DNA of 64,000 bases from Macrostomum hystrix (taxonomy: Eukaryota > Animalia > Platyhelminthes): NCBI GenBank assembly GCA_950097015.1, contig CATNEN010000032.1, forward strand, positions 1,302,001 through 1,366,000, in the 5' to 3' direction. The notes below the pieces were generated by a model. The model did no database searches. It saw only the letters and a program-made list of their open reading frames with translations, and had not been told where the DNA came from. Below are positions 36,305-49,719 of this stretch, piece after piece. How positions within the stretch are numbered: position 1 is the first letter of the stretch; every line of letters begins with the position of its first letter. The translations under genes and the position numbers were made by a program.

Positions 36305-36625
36305 ACGGCTCAAAACATTCAGGTTCCCTGCTCACAGAACCCAAATCTTCAGGTTCCATGCTCACAGTCCCCAAACCTTCAGGTTCCATGCTCACAGTCC
36401 CCAAACCTTCAGGTTCCATGCTCACAGTCCCCAAATCTTCAGGTTCCATGCTCACAGTCCCCAAACCTTCAGGTTCCATGCTCACAGTCCCCAAACCTTC
36501 AGGTTCCATGCTCACAGTCCCCAAATCTTCAGGTTCCATGCTCTCAACCCCCAAATCTTCAGGTTCCATGCTCTCAACCCCCAAATCTTCAGGTTCCATG
36601 CTCTCAACCCCCAAACCTTCAGGTC
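36305..36625. repeat. 30-bp minisatellite (ccccaaaccttcaggttccatgctcacagt), about 10 copies, just 3' of the GON4L stop
   Basis: Direct reading. Confidence 0.93.
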
Positions 36626-38257
36626 CAGGCGCCGTCTGTCAGTTTGAAGAAGAGCTTCTTTATTCGGAATGGAAATTGTACCTTTGCTCATTTTACATCA
36701 GATTTTGCAAGCCTAGAAATCTCTAATTATTTTGGCATTTCAAAAACTTTTAAATTCGATGTGCATTCGAGTGTGTTAAAAAAGTTCCAGGAAATATTCA
36801 TTTAATTATTCAGTAAAGTTTCTAACGCGCGTTGTCTTGTTAAAAGCTGGTTTTCCACATTACTATAATGGCAATTAATATACTAACTAGTACTGTTACT
36901 CATAGTGTCTGTAATATAATTTGGGCTCCTAATTATTCTCTCAGTGTACATCGATAAATGCCCATCTATAAATATTACCATGAGGTCTGGAAGAAGTTTT
37001 TATTCATATATATTAAAAGACAAGAAATCACTGCCTCTTCTATTTTAAGTTTGTTTTAACTTGTTGTTGCGCATGCGGATTCAGTAACGCCATAAAAGTG
37101 CATTGAAGTTTGCCACCCACCCCCCTGAAACTGCTGGCGGGATATATTGGCCAGCTGAGGATTGATCACGAGTCGCTTCGGTCTAGAAGGCGTTAGGACA
37201 AACTAAGCTTTCCTGGAAAAGGGGATTTCGCATTGGTGGGAACAGAAATGGCTTGGCTGCTACCGGATTCTGGTGATAGTTGCGACCTTTAGCTTAACAA
37301 CTGCGGCAGCCCACTAGAAGGGGTTGGTAAGGCTGGAATGGGAAAGCAATTGAAGCGCGCGCTGGGAGATTCTTTCTCGGCAATGTCGCCTCTGTCTTTC
37401 CCTCCCTCTTCCTCGTGCCATTTGGCCACAAGCTTCGATCGAATTGCAGCCCCACCCCAGCCAGTCTGCAACCTTTTCAACCAGTGCCGCGTATGTACAG
37501 AACAGCCATTAACCCGGCGCAGGTACCAGGCGGTTCTGCGTAATAACGAAAAACTGCAGGCCACCTCTCCGTTTAAAAAGTACGCGCGTGTCTAACTCTT
37601 ATCTGCAAACTGGGAATCTCGAACAAAAAACAATGACAAACTACCTAGATAGTACTCGTAGTAACTTTTTTTTTAAATATTAAAAAACCTCGCGATGCTC
37701 CGTGTGAGCGAAGTATCGCATTAACAGTAGAACTACCAAGGGAGGGGGGAATTCCCCCCCCCAACAATGACAATTTTTTTGCTGCACACGAACGGAACAA
37801 TCAAGCACACGAAACTCAAGAACACGGGCCAACTTTTTGTTGCGCATCTTCTGAAACAAGAAACAAGTCGCCAGCTCTTCAGACCGTCGAGATATTCAAT
37901 GTTTCTGGCCGAAGGTCCGATTTTTCCCATAAGAGCTAGTGTATTTCATACACCCCTATACACGAATTTGCACTGCGCCTCAGTGCGGCCGTTCCAGACC
38001 TTCAAACTTTATCAGCATGTCACCCGAATGTGCTTGCATCATCTCCGACTTCGGCGGTCACCGACCTTTATCTAGACGGAGATAAATGGCTTGGTAGTCC
38101 TACTGTTAGTAGACTTTATCAGTTGCACGCGCAGTTACGTCTTTCTCTGCTTCCGGTCTAGATGCTATATAGAGAAATCCTTTCCAATTGTGAAAATATT
38201 GCAACCAGCTTCAACCGCAGGCACGATAGATGGTTCGAATGCGGACTTCAAGTTGAA

Positions 38258-38538
38258 GAGCTTGTAGCATTGTTCTCACGACTTAAAGGTCGGGGGTTCG
38301 ATTCCAGACTCCATTGGAACAATTTGTGTCCTTTAGCAAGACACTTAACTCTGCAGTGCTTCAGTTCACCCAGCTGTTAAATGGGTACCAGCATTAGTTA
38401 GGGTCATAGAGGCTGGGTGTCCCCAGTCCACGGACTGAACAGCCGTACGCAGCCTTCAGATGCGCCGCGCAATAGCTGCGGCTGTGCTGTCGGCTGCACA
38501 TCTGGCCCAATTGGGGCAGGTGTAATCAATCAAACAAT
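38258..38538 (+). mobile_element. tRNA-derived SINE, copy 2 (deletion in A-box region, complete 3' end with (caat)n-like tail)
   Basis: Colinear with copies at 3712, 42520 and 42832; B box GGTTCGATTCC retained. Confidence 0.85.
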
Positions 38539-38914
38539 TATTCAAGCGCAGACAAAAACGCTGGTCAACTGCTTGAATGTCGAAAGCCGTGTTCAAACTT
38601 TGGCCTCCGAGTCCCAATTCTAGAATCCTTAGCTATCATTTATTTCGCTTCGCTGATGTAAGCTGACGAAACGTGGAAGGGAGATTAATCTATGGCATTT
38701 AACAGCCAATGAAACTAAGCTGGAAGGACCGGATTCTTTCCTCCTTGTTCAGCCATAATTTTCGGTGCCGGAATGGAATTTTCGGTGAGTCCATAGACAA
38801 TTTGAATCGCAACCAGGCGGTCAATAGCTTATTCAAACTGATTATTCAAACTGCCACAGCTTATTCAAACTGATCGCTACAACGAGAAATCAGTAAATTG
38901 ACGAAGCCAGCCCG

Positions 38915-40480
38915 ATGGACCATCAGCCGACTGCGGCGGTCCACGGCGACACTGACGGCGACTCCCGACGATGCGATCGGGCTAGCAATTGCTTCGGCGG
39001 GCCAAATCTTCGCCAGGAGCTCAGCGCCTCAATGTTCAAAGCGCGCCGTAGGTGCAACACCTGGCTAGAGGAGTCGCACTTCACTGAGACGAACACTGAG
39101 TCGTCAACTCCGCCGCCCCTGCCGCAACTGAAGCCGAAGCCAAAAATTCGACGCTCGAAATCCGTCGCCGGCGACAGGCAGCAGTCGGAGCCGATCTTTG
39201 ACCCGGTGGTGCCGAATTCCGAATCCGCCAGCGATGACTGGCCAAGCAGTTTCAAGCAGGGCAGTCGCCAGTCCACCCTGTGTCAGCAACTGGAAATTTC
39301 GCATTATGAACTGGACTGCGGGCCGACTCCGCAGTCAGCTAGCATGGGCGCGCACTTTGATACTGTTAATGTGCCTGGCATAGTGGATGCGATGCATGAA
39401 AAGGTGCTTTTAACTAGAGGCAAATATTTTTCTTTGTATCTAGGCATGGTTGATTTGACCGGCCTTCAAAAGGTTGACTATTATCACTGCGACTAACCAA
39501 TGAAATTTAGCCAATGAAATTTCGAAGGCTTACTCAGCAAAGTTTGGCCTATATTTATTTAATTCACAGCTAAGACACAAAATTTGTAACTTAGAAAAAC
39601 GTGGCTTTCACTCCGACGGCTCCGAGCGCCTCTGTCGACTCCGATGGGGCCAACTTGGATCTGCTGCACCTCCAGCGACTGCTGCGCGAGCGCGACAGCC
39701 GTGGATCCGCTGGCTGCAGACAGCAGGCGGCCTCTCCGTCGCTGTCTCTGCCTCAGCCGAAACCGCGTCGTCAGCCTCGGTCAGCCAGCTCAATGTCGCC
39801 CATGTCGCTGCCAGTCAGATGTCGGCACCCGGTTACCCACGCCCGAGCCCTGTTCGCCTCAGCGACTATCAATTTTACGAAACCTATCGAGAAGCCTCGT
39901 CTGAGCCTGGCAACGGGACCTACAGTAGTCACCGCGTCCACACAGGTCGCCTTTGCTGGCGGCCCGCAACAGACAGTAAATTGAGCTTTTTGGCTTCTTT
40001 TATTGGGCTGAGTTGACCGGAAATTATAGTCTCGATAGTAACAATCTATAATTTTTTCTTCAGGTGTGCTACCACAGTATTGATGCGGTGCAGCTTCGAC
40101 GTTTGAGCATCACGGGCCGCCTACTAGCGAGGGACAGGGGTCGCGTGCCGACTCGCTGGCTGAACAGCGTTGCCCTGCTCACTAACCTGAGTTATCCAAC
40201 CTTCCTCGAGCTCTATTTTCAGACAGTCCCGAGTTCGCCAGTTTCATCTACTAAATATGACGCTATTGTGCCCACCACCTGCGGTCTGATTTCAGCCACA
40301 GAATCGTCGCTGAGTTATCCGGACCCGATAGGCTCTGTCAGCTCGGTGGAACCGCCTAAAATATGTTTTGCCTTCAATGCAATGGAGCGTAAACGACTGC
40401 GGAGTCGAGAATCTGCTCATCGGAAAAGACGGACGATGAAAATGTTGATGAGTAATCGTTACTCTGTACATGCATCCTAA
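38915..40480 (+). CDS. Predicted 3-exon gene of unknown function, about 428 aa, ending in a bZIP-like basic segment
   Basis: Exons 38915-39403 (AAG/gtgctt), 39595-39975 (aacttag/ ... ACA/gtaaat; alternative donor after 39945), 40064-40480 (ttttttcttcag/), all phase 0. GC-rich exons alternate with AT-rich gaps. Confidence 0.55.
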
Positions 40481-42161
40481 GGAGTTTTTTCATCCTTTTT
40501 ATCCTTTTCATACCATTGACGAAAAATTTTTTGTTAAGAGCAAATATAATTGAGGCACAATTAAGCAGCAACACGTCACTTTTTGTGCCTTATTTCGAAC
40601 ACAATTGCCTTTTTTCTTTCATGGATGCTTCCAAGATCACAAAAGATCCCATTTGCCGACTGGGTCTGGGAACACAGGCAAAATTTTTCATCATGCTTTC
40701 TTTTGTAACCATATCAGTCGAGGCATTACTTATGATTTGCAATCATCAAGGTAATTCTAATGACTTTCACGCATGATTTAGTTTCAAATCAACATTTTGT
40801 TATAGACTAATTATAGACTAATAGGCAAAATATCATTTTGTGCCAGTCATAAAGTAATGTAATGGTATAAAAACGTGAATTGCATAATTAACTCAATTTT
40901 AACACTTCTAACCAGAGAGAACGAAAACATTCCTTCTCACGGCGTGCAACTGGCGTGCAACTGGAAATAATATGCCATAGATCCATAGATAGCTATAGAT
41001 AGATAGATAGTTCCATAGTGAATTTGAGGTAATAAGTTTACTTTAGTCTAATTTAATTTATAATCGTTTTTAATATATAATATTCTTTTTAATATTGCGT
41101 ATTTACTTTCTTAATTAGCAAAAAGGCTTCTTTTATACAAGCCTTTATAGCTCAATTATACAAGTTGAGCTTTCGATGCCAAAGCGTTAAACCCTAAACA
41201 TTTTAAATGCGATCCAAGTTAAGAGTTATCGCTGCATCTTAACAAAGAAAATGAAATAGAGAGTAAAGTGTTGCAGCGTTTCAAAAAATAAAATTAGGAC
41301 TTAGAAGAAATATTTACTTTTTTGTTGTTTTTACTAAGGAGGCACACAATATATCATTTAAAAAACAGTCCTGAAAACGCGTCAGCTCGAAATCTGATGA
41401 TCAATCAATCTAGACTTGAACAATTTGATAAAGTAAAAATCTATTGCTAAACTTTATCATTGGTCGAATTGCTTTGAGCCCTAGCTATGTATCTGAGCGT
41501 CATAAGTATTTTCTTATATTAAAAATTATTCCCTTTTTTTGTCTAAATTTAACTTACACGTGTTGGATAGATTTATCTAATAGATAAAAACTAATGCAAG
41601 TGAATACTCTAAATTTTTAATTAAAATAAGTTTAATTTAAAAAAACAAAGTGCAAAATACTGTAGAGATACTACTGTAAATGGTCTAATAAAATTTATTT
41701 AAGTACAATCTATATTTAGCTACACTTTTGTAATCTTATGTCAAATGTGGCCTAGCTTGCTTGCTTGCCTAGTAGTTAGTTTAGTAATTCACATTAAATT
41801 TGAAATATTTAATTATAATTATACAAGTGTTACAAGTGATATTGATAGTGTGTGCTTTGTAATTTTTTTCAATGTTTTTATAAAAGCTTTGTCTAAAAAG
41901 GAGCATATTTTGTCTCTAAAATTGTTGGCCTATATCTAAATACCAAGCTAGTATTATAAATCAGCTGTAGTTAAAGTTAATAATGTTAGTCCTAATTGGA
42001 ACTTTTAATGTATATAAAAATCTGGAACCCTTTTAAGTGTTTGTTTTATGATATCTTATGAATGTGGCTATAATTGACATAGCTATGCAAGTCAACAAAA
42101 TTATATATATCTAAGCATCTATAGAAAATATTTTTCACACTCTGCAGACAACTAGCCAACC

Positions 42162-43709
42162 ATGAACATATTTCGTCTAATTGGTGACATGAGTCACCTG
42201 GCTGCCATTCTAATATTGCTAGCCAAGATTTGGCAGACCAGATCAGTCAGTGGCATATCTGGCAAGTCTCAGGTTCTGTTTGGACTCGTGTTTCTAACTC
42301 GCTACCTGGATTTGTTGACTACCTTTGTATCTGTTTACAATAGCGTCATGAAGGTAAGTATGGAATTAATTCTAACTATTAATTTGCTTATAATACCCAA
42401 ACCAATCAAATCCTTCAGCATAGTTAACTAAATCCTTAAGTCTCCCAAATTTCAGTCTCAGAACTGTTTCCTATAGTGGGAATGTTTAATAATAAATTAA
42501 ACATAATAATAACAGCCGATTTTTTTTTATTACACCTGCCCCAATTGGGTCAGATGTGCAGCTGACAGCACAGCCGCAGCTAATGCGCCGCGCATCTGAA
42601 GGCTGCGTACAGCTGTTCAGTCCACAGACTGGGGGAACGCCACACCCACCTTCAATTATCCCAGCTGATGCTGGTACCCATTTAACAGCTGGGTGAACTG
42701 AAGCAATGCAGAGTTAAGTGTCTTGCTAAAGGACGCAAATTGTTCCAGTGGAGTCGGGAATCGAACCCCCGACCTTTAAGTCGTGAGTCCGACGCCCTAA
42801 CCACTAGGCTACAACCTCTTGTAGCCTAGCTGATTACAACTACACCAAATGGGCCAGATGTGCTGCCACCAACAGCACAGCCACAGCTATTGTGCTGTGT
42901 ATCTGAAGGCTGTGTACAGCTGTTCAGTCCATGGACTGGGGGACGCCACACCCACCCTCAATTACCCCAGCTGATGCTGGTGCCCAATTAACAGTTGGTT
43001 GAAGTGAAGCAAGCAATGCAGAGTTAAGTGTCTTGCTAAATTGCACAAATTGTTCCAGTGGAGTCAGGAATCGAACCCTCGACCTTCAAACCGTGAGTCC
43101 GACGGATTAGACACTAGGCTACAACCTCCTTTGTCAAGGTTCGGAAGGAGGGGTGTTTAAAATCAATCACAATCTCCATCGTAACTACTGGGAGCTCTGA
43201 CAGTGGTTGCGTTGTCAGAAAATAAATTTACTTAACTAGCTACAGTTTTCCATCCATCAAAGGTGATATTCATCACTGCCACCTGGCTAACAATCTGCCT
43301 AATCTATTGCAAGTTTCGCTCCACCCACGACGGCAATCACGACACATTCCGCGCCGAACTACTAGTAGTAGTGTCAGCCGGCCTAGCCGTACTGCTCAAC
43401 CATCACCTGGCACCGATGGAGGTGCTGTGGACTTTTAGCATCTACCTGGAGTCGGTGGCCATTCTGCCTCAATTGTTCCTAATTAGCAAGACTGGCTCAG
43501 CTGACACCATTACATCCCACTATCTGTTCGGCTTGGGATCGTATAGGGCATTCTACGTGTTGAACTGGATCTACCGCTATCTGGTTGAGGACTTCTTCGA
43601 CCCCATCGCCGTTGTGGCCGGCTGCCTGCAGACGATCCTGTACGCCGACTTCTTCTATATCTACGTCACCAGGGTGGTGCGCGGAAAGTCCACCCAAATT
43701 GAAGTTTGA
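42162..43709 (+). CDS. KDELR: ER lumen protein-retaining (KDEL) receptor, 212 aa, 2 coding exons
   Basis: Exons 42162-42353 (AAG/gtaagt) and 43263-43709. MNIFRL.GDMSHL.AI.ILL.KIW...[20 protein letters not shown]...; [17 protein letters not shown]; TSHYLF.LG.YRAFY..NWIYRY...Q.ILY.DFFY.Y. Confidence 0.98.
42520..42818 (-). mobile_element. tRNA-derived SINE, copy 3 (full length with poly-A tail), in KDELR intron
   Basis: Reverse complement begins GAGGTTGTAGCCTAGTGGTTAGGGCGTCGGACTCACGACTT..GGTTCGATTCCC and ends GGCAGGTGTAATAAAAAAAAA. Confidence 0.9.
42832..43128 (-). mobile_element. tRNA-derived SINE, copy 4 (more diverged), head-to-tail with copy 3
   Basis: Colinear with copy 3 over about 300 bp. 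Confidence 0.88.
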
Positions 43710-43853
43710 TTGGACATCAGTTGCTGCCGAAGTTCAGATTTCAATTGAATCTTACTGGACTCGAAATTTTCTCTTGACGGATAGATAATGCTTATAGCAG
43801 GGATTGGGTTGTATTAAAATAATCTCTTTTGTTCCGAAATCGGAAAGAACAAT

Positions 43854-46800
43854 CCGAAATTCAGTATCTCTAACAATAGCATCTAGAACCCGAAATTCAG
43901 TATCTCTAACAATAGCATCTAGAACCCGAAATTCATTATCTCTAACAATAGCATCTAGAACCCGAAATTCATTATCTCTAACAACAGCATCTAGAACCCG
44001 AAATTCAGTATCTCTAACAATAGCATCTAGAACCCGAAATTCAGTATCTCTAACAATAGCATCTAGAACCCGAAATTCATTATCTCTAACAATAGCATCT
44101 AGAACCCGAAATTCAGTATCTCTAACAATAGCATCTAGAACCCGAAATTCAGTATCTCTAACAACAGCATCTAGAACCCGAAATTCAGTATCTCTAACAA
44201 TAGCATCTAGAACCCGAAATTCAGTATCTCTAACAATAGCATCTAGAACCCGAGATTCAGTATCTCTAACAATAGCATCTAGAACCCGAAATTCATTATC
44301 TCTAACAATAGCATCTAGAACCCGAGATTCAGTATCTCTAACAATAGCATCTAGAACCCGAAATTCATTATCTCTAACAATAGCATCTAGAACCCGAGAT
44401 TCAGTATCTCTAACAATAGCATCTAGAACCCGAAATTCAGTATCTCTAACAATAGCATCTAGAACCCGAGATTCAGTATCTCTAACAACAGCATCTAGAA
44501 CCCGAAATTCAGTATCTCTAACAATAGCATCTAGAACCCGAAATTCAGTATCTCTAACAATAGCATCTAGAACCCGAAATTCATTATCTCTAACAATAGC
44601 ATCTAGAACCCGAAATTCAGTATCTCTAACAATAGCATCTAGAACCCGAAATTCAGTATCTCTAACAATAGCATCTAGAACCCGAAATTCAGTATCTCTA
44701 ACAATAGCATCTAGAACCCGAAATTCATTATCTCTAACAATAGCATCTAGAACCCGAAATTCAGTATCTCTAACAACAGCATCTAGAACCCGAGATTCAG
44801 TATCTCTAACAACAGCATCTAGAACCCGAGATTCAGTAGCTCTAACAACAGCATCTAGAACCCGAAATTCAGTATCTCTAACAACAGCATCTAGAACCCG
44901 AAATTCAGTATCTCTAACAACAGCATCTAGAACCCGAAATTCAGTAGCTCTAACAACAGCATCTAGAACCCGAAATTCAGTATCTCTAACAACAGCATCT
45001 AGAACCCGAAATTCAGTATCTCTAACAATAGCATCTAGAACCCGAAATTCAGTATCTCTAACAATAGCATCTAGAACCCGAAATTCATTATCTCTAACAA
45101 TAGCATCTAGAACCCGAAATTCAGTAGCTCTAACAACAGCATCTAGAACCCGAAATTCAGTATCTCTAACAACAGCATCTAGAACCCGAAATTCAGTATC
45201 TCTAACAACAGCATCTAGAACCCGAAATTCAGTATCTCTAACAATAGCATCTAGAACCCGAAATTCAGTAGCTCTAACAATAGCATCTAGAACCCGAAAT
45301 TCAGTATCTCTAACAACAGCATCTAGAACCCGAAATTCAGTATCTCTAACAATAGCATCTAGAACCCGAAATTCAGTATCTCTAACAACAGCATCTAGAA
45401 CCCGAAATTCAGTATCTCTAACAACAGCATCTAGAACCCGAAATTCAGTAGCTCTAACAACAGCATCTAGAACCCGAAATTCAGTAGCTCTAACAACAGC
45501 ATCTAGAACCCGAAATTCAGTAGCTCTAACAATAGCATCTAGAACCCGAAATTCAGTAGCTCTAACAACAGCATCTAGAACCCGAAATTCAGTATCTCTA
45601 ACAATAGCATCTAGAACCCGAAATTCAGTATCTCTAACAATAGCATCTAGAACCCGAAATTCAGTATCTCTAACAATAGCATCTAGAACCCGAAATTCAG
45701 TATCTCTAACAATAGCATCTAGAACCCGAAATTCAGTATCTCTAACAATAGCATCTAGAACCCGAAATTCAGTATCTCTAACAATAGCATCTAGAACCCG
45801 AAATTCAGTATCTCTAACAACAGCATCTAGAACCCGAAATTCATTATCTCTAACAACAGCATCTAGAACCCGAAATTCAGTATCTCTAACAACAGCATCT
45901 AGAACCCGAAATTCAGTATCTCTAACAATAGCATCTAGAACCCGAAATTCAGTATCTCTAACAACAGCATCTAGAACCCGAAATTCAGTATCTCTAACAA
46001 TAGCATCTAGAACCCGAAATTCAGTAGCTCTAACAATAGCATCTAGAACCCGAAATTCAGTATCTCTAACAATAGCATCTAGAACCCGAAATTCAGTATC
46101 TCTAACAACAGCATCTAGAACCCGAAATTCAGTATCTCTAACAATAGCATCTAGAACCCGAAATTCAGTATCTCTAACAATAGCATCTAGAACCCGAAAT
46201 TCAGTATCTCTAACAATAGCATCTAGAACCCGAAATTCAGTATCTCTAACAACAGCATCTAGAACCCGAAATTCAGTAGCTCTAACAACAGCATCTAGAA
46301 CCCGAAATTAAGTAGCTCTAACAATAGCATCTAGAACCCGAAATTCAGTATCTCTAACAACAGCATCTAGAACCCGAAATTCAGTAGCTCTAACAACAGC
46401 ATCTAGAACCCGAAATTCAGTATCTCTAACAATAGCATCTAGAACCCGAAATTCAGTATCTCTAACAATAGCATCTAGAACCCGAAATTCAGTATCTCTA
46501 ACAACTAGCATCTAGAACCCGAAATTCAGTATCTCTAACAATAGCATCTAGAACCCGAAATTCAGTATCTCTAACAACAGCATCTAGAACCCGAAATTCA
46601 GTATCTCTAACAATAGCATCTAGAACCCGAAATTCAGTAGCTCTAACAATAGCATCTAGAACCCGAAATTCAGTAGCTCTAACAATAGCATCTAGAACCC
46701 GAAATTCAGTAGCTCTAACAACAGCATCTAGAACCCGAAATTCAGTATCTCTAACAATAGCATCTAGAACCCGAAATTCAGTATCTCTAACAATAGCATC

Positions 46801-49153
46801 TAGAACCCGAAATTCAGTATCTCTAACAATAGCATCTAGAACCCGAAATTCAGTATCTCTAACAATAGCATCTAGAACCCGAAATTCAGTATCTCTAACA
46901 ATAGCATCTAGAACCCGAAATTCAGTATCTCTAACAATAGCATCTAGAACCCGAAATTCAGTAGCTCTAACAATAGCATCTAGAACCCGAAATTCAGTAT
47001 CTCTAACAACAGCATCTAGAACCCGAAATTCAGTATCTCTAACAACAGCATCTAGAACCCGAAATTCAGTATCTCTAACAATAGCATCTAGAACCCGAAA
47101 TTCAGTATCTCTAACAACAGCATCTAGAACCCGAAATTCAGTAGCTCTAACAACAGCATCTAGAACCCGAAATTCAGTATCTCTAACAACAGCATCTAGA
47201 ACCCGAAATTCATTATCTCTAACAATAGCATCTAGAACCCGAAATTCAGTAGCTCTAACAACAGCATCTAGAACCCGAAATTCAGTATCTCTAACAACAG
47301 CATCTAGAACCCGAAATTCAGTAGCTCTAACAACAGCATCTAGAACCCGAAATTCAGTAGATCTAACAACAGCATCTAGAAACCGAAATTCATTATCTCT
47401 AACAATAGCATCTAGAACCCGAAATTCAGTAGCTCTAACAATAGCATCTAGAACCCGAAATTCAGTATCTCTAACAACAGCATCTAGAACCCGAAATTCA
47501 GTATCTCTAACAATAGCATCTAGAACCCGAAATTCAGTATCTCTAACAATAGCATCTAGAACCCGAAATTCAGTAGCTCTAACAACAGCATCTAGAACCC
47601 GAAATTCAGTATCTCTAACAACAGCATCTAGAACCCGAAATTCAGTATCTCTAACAACAGCATCTAGAACCCGAAATTCAGTAGCTCTAACAATAGCATC
47701 TAGAACCCGAAATTCAGTAGCTCTAACAATAGCATCTAGAACCCGAAATTCATTATCTCTAACAACAGCATCTAGAACCCGAAATTCAGTATCTCTAACA
47801 ATAGCATCTAGAACCCGAAATTCAGTAGCTCTAACAACAGCATCTAGAACCCGAAATTCATTATCTCTAACAACAGCATCTAGAACCCGAAATTCAGTAT
47901 CTCTAACAATAGCATCTAGAACCCGAAATTCAGTATCTCTAACAACAGCATCTAGAACCCGAAATTCATTATCTCTAACAATAGCATCTAGAACCCGAAA
48001 TTCATTATCTCTAACAACAGCATCTAGAACCCGAAATTCAGTAGCTCTAACAACAGCATCTAGAACCCGAAATTCAGTATCTCTAACAACAGCATCTAGA
48101 ACCCGAAATTCAGTAGCTCTAACAACAGCATCTAGAACCCGAAATTCAGTAGATCTAACAACAGCATCTAGAACCCGAAATTCATTATCTCTAACAATAG
48201 CATCTAGAACCCGAAATTCAGTAGCTCTAACAATAGCATCTAGAACCCGAAATTCAGTATCTCTAACAATAGCATCTAGAACCCGAAATTCAGTATCTCT
48301 AACAACAGCATCTAGAACCCGAAATTCAGTATCTCTAACAATAGCATCTAGAACCCGAAATTCAGTATCTCTAACAATAGCATCTAGAACCCGAAATTCA
48401 GTATCTCTAACAACAGCATCTAGAACCCGAAATTCATTATCTCTAACAATAGCATCTAGAACCCGAAATTCAGTATCTCTAACAATAGCATCTAGAACCC
48501 GAAATTCATTATCTCTAACAATAGCATCTAGAACCCGAAATTCAGTATCTCTAACAATAGCATCTAGAACCCGAAATTCAGTATCTCTAACAACAGCATC
48601 TAGAACCCGAAATTCAGTAGCTCTAACAACAGCATCTAGAACCCGAAATTCAGTATCTCTAACAACAGCATCTAGAACCCGAAATTCAGTAGCTCTAACA
48701 ACAGCATCTAGAACCCGAAATTCAGTAGATCTAACAACAGCATCTAGAACCCGAAATTCATTATCTCTAACAATAGCATCTAGAACCCGAAATTCAGTAG
48801 CTCTAACAATAGCATCTAGAACCCGAAATTCAGTATCTCTAACAATAGCATCTAGAACCGGAAATTCAGTATCTCTAACAACAGCATCTAGAACCCGAAA
48901 TTCAGTATCTCTAACAATAGCATCTAGAACCCGAAATTCAGTATCTCTAACAATAGCATCTAGAACCCGAAATTCATTATCTCTAACAATAGCATCTAGA
49001 ACCCGAAATTCAGTATCTCTAACAATAGCATCTAGAACCCGAAATTCAGTATCTCTAACAACAGCATCTAGAACCCGAAATTCAGTATCTCTAACAATAG
49101 CATCTAGAACCCGAAATTCAGTAGCTCTAACAATAGCATCTAGAACCCGAAAT
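43854..49153. repeat. 36-bp satellite (tagcatctagaacccgaaattcagtatctctaacaa), about 147 copies, 5.3 kb
   Basis: Direct reading; produces the 835- and 886-aa repeat ORFs. Confidence 0.98.
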
Positions 49154-49719
49154 ATCATAGCTCCGAAAATGTCATCAAATGCACAAGAATTCTAATTCGA
49201 CGGACTTTTCGACGCGGTACTAAAATTTATTTTTTACTTTTGGCTTGAGGAACCCGTCTTTTAATTGTCTTCCCCCCACAGTCAGTTTTGTCAAGTTGAC
49301 TTATTTATAAATATCTTGTGGAAAAACATACAATAATATGAAAGCATAGCCTCATTTTCCTAATTTTTTGTTTTATTTTTGTTCGTGTGTTATGCATATC
49401 ATTTATCTATCTGTCCAACCAGTTTTCTCGTGTTTGTCCGCTGTTCAATATCTGGTTGCTATGGAAACTTGCTTCAGTCGGATTGTACTGATATCACTAA
49501 CTCCTCCATTATAAAGCAGTAGTTTTGATCTTTTGCCTGTTTTGTTTTTTTAACACCAAAACTATTTGAAGACAAAATCTGAATTAAAAAACCTAGATTT
49601 CGCTCTCTTGGTCTCAATTTCCTCAGCCTGAGTTCAAACCTGGGCTCAGCACCCATCACGGCTTGCTAAGCTCCTGAATCCTTGCCACCAGCCTCTTTCA
49701 TTGCCTACTATTCCGTGTC

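Noticed and set aside
37289-37595. Possible LINE reverse-transcriptase fragment
   Set aside because: Only a vague IAAP..VCNLFNQC resemblance; no NYRPISL or other RT motif found.
37744-37759. 16-bp palindrome GGGGGGAATTCCCCCC
   Set aside because: Isolated homopolymer-based palindrome with no supporting context.
14760-42147. Spliced-leader trans-splice acceptors just upstream of four start codons (14760, 19962, 24964, 42147)
   Set aside because: Good acceptors exist, but at least three have a plausible cis donor 68-90 bp upstream, so ordinary 5' UTR introns explain them. SL-containing reads would be needed to decide.
43854-49153. CRISPR-like array, or the 835-aa and 886-aa repeat proteins
   Set aside because: Units are contiguous with no unique spacers and no cas genes. 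The ORFs exist only because a 36-bp unit lacks stops in some frames; variants are non-synonymous and there is no proper start context.
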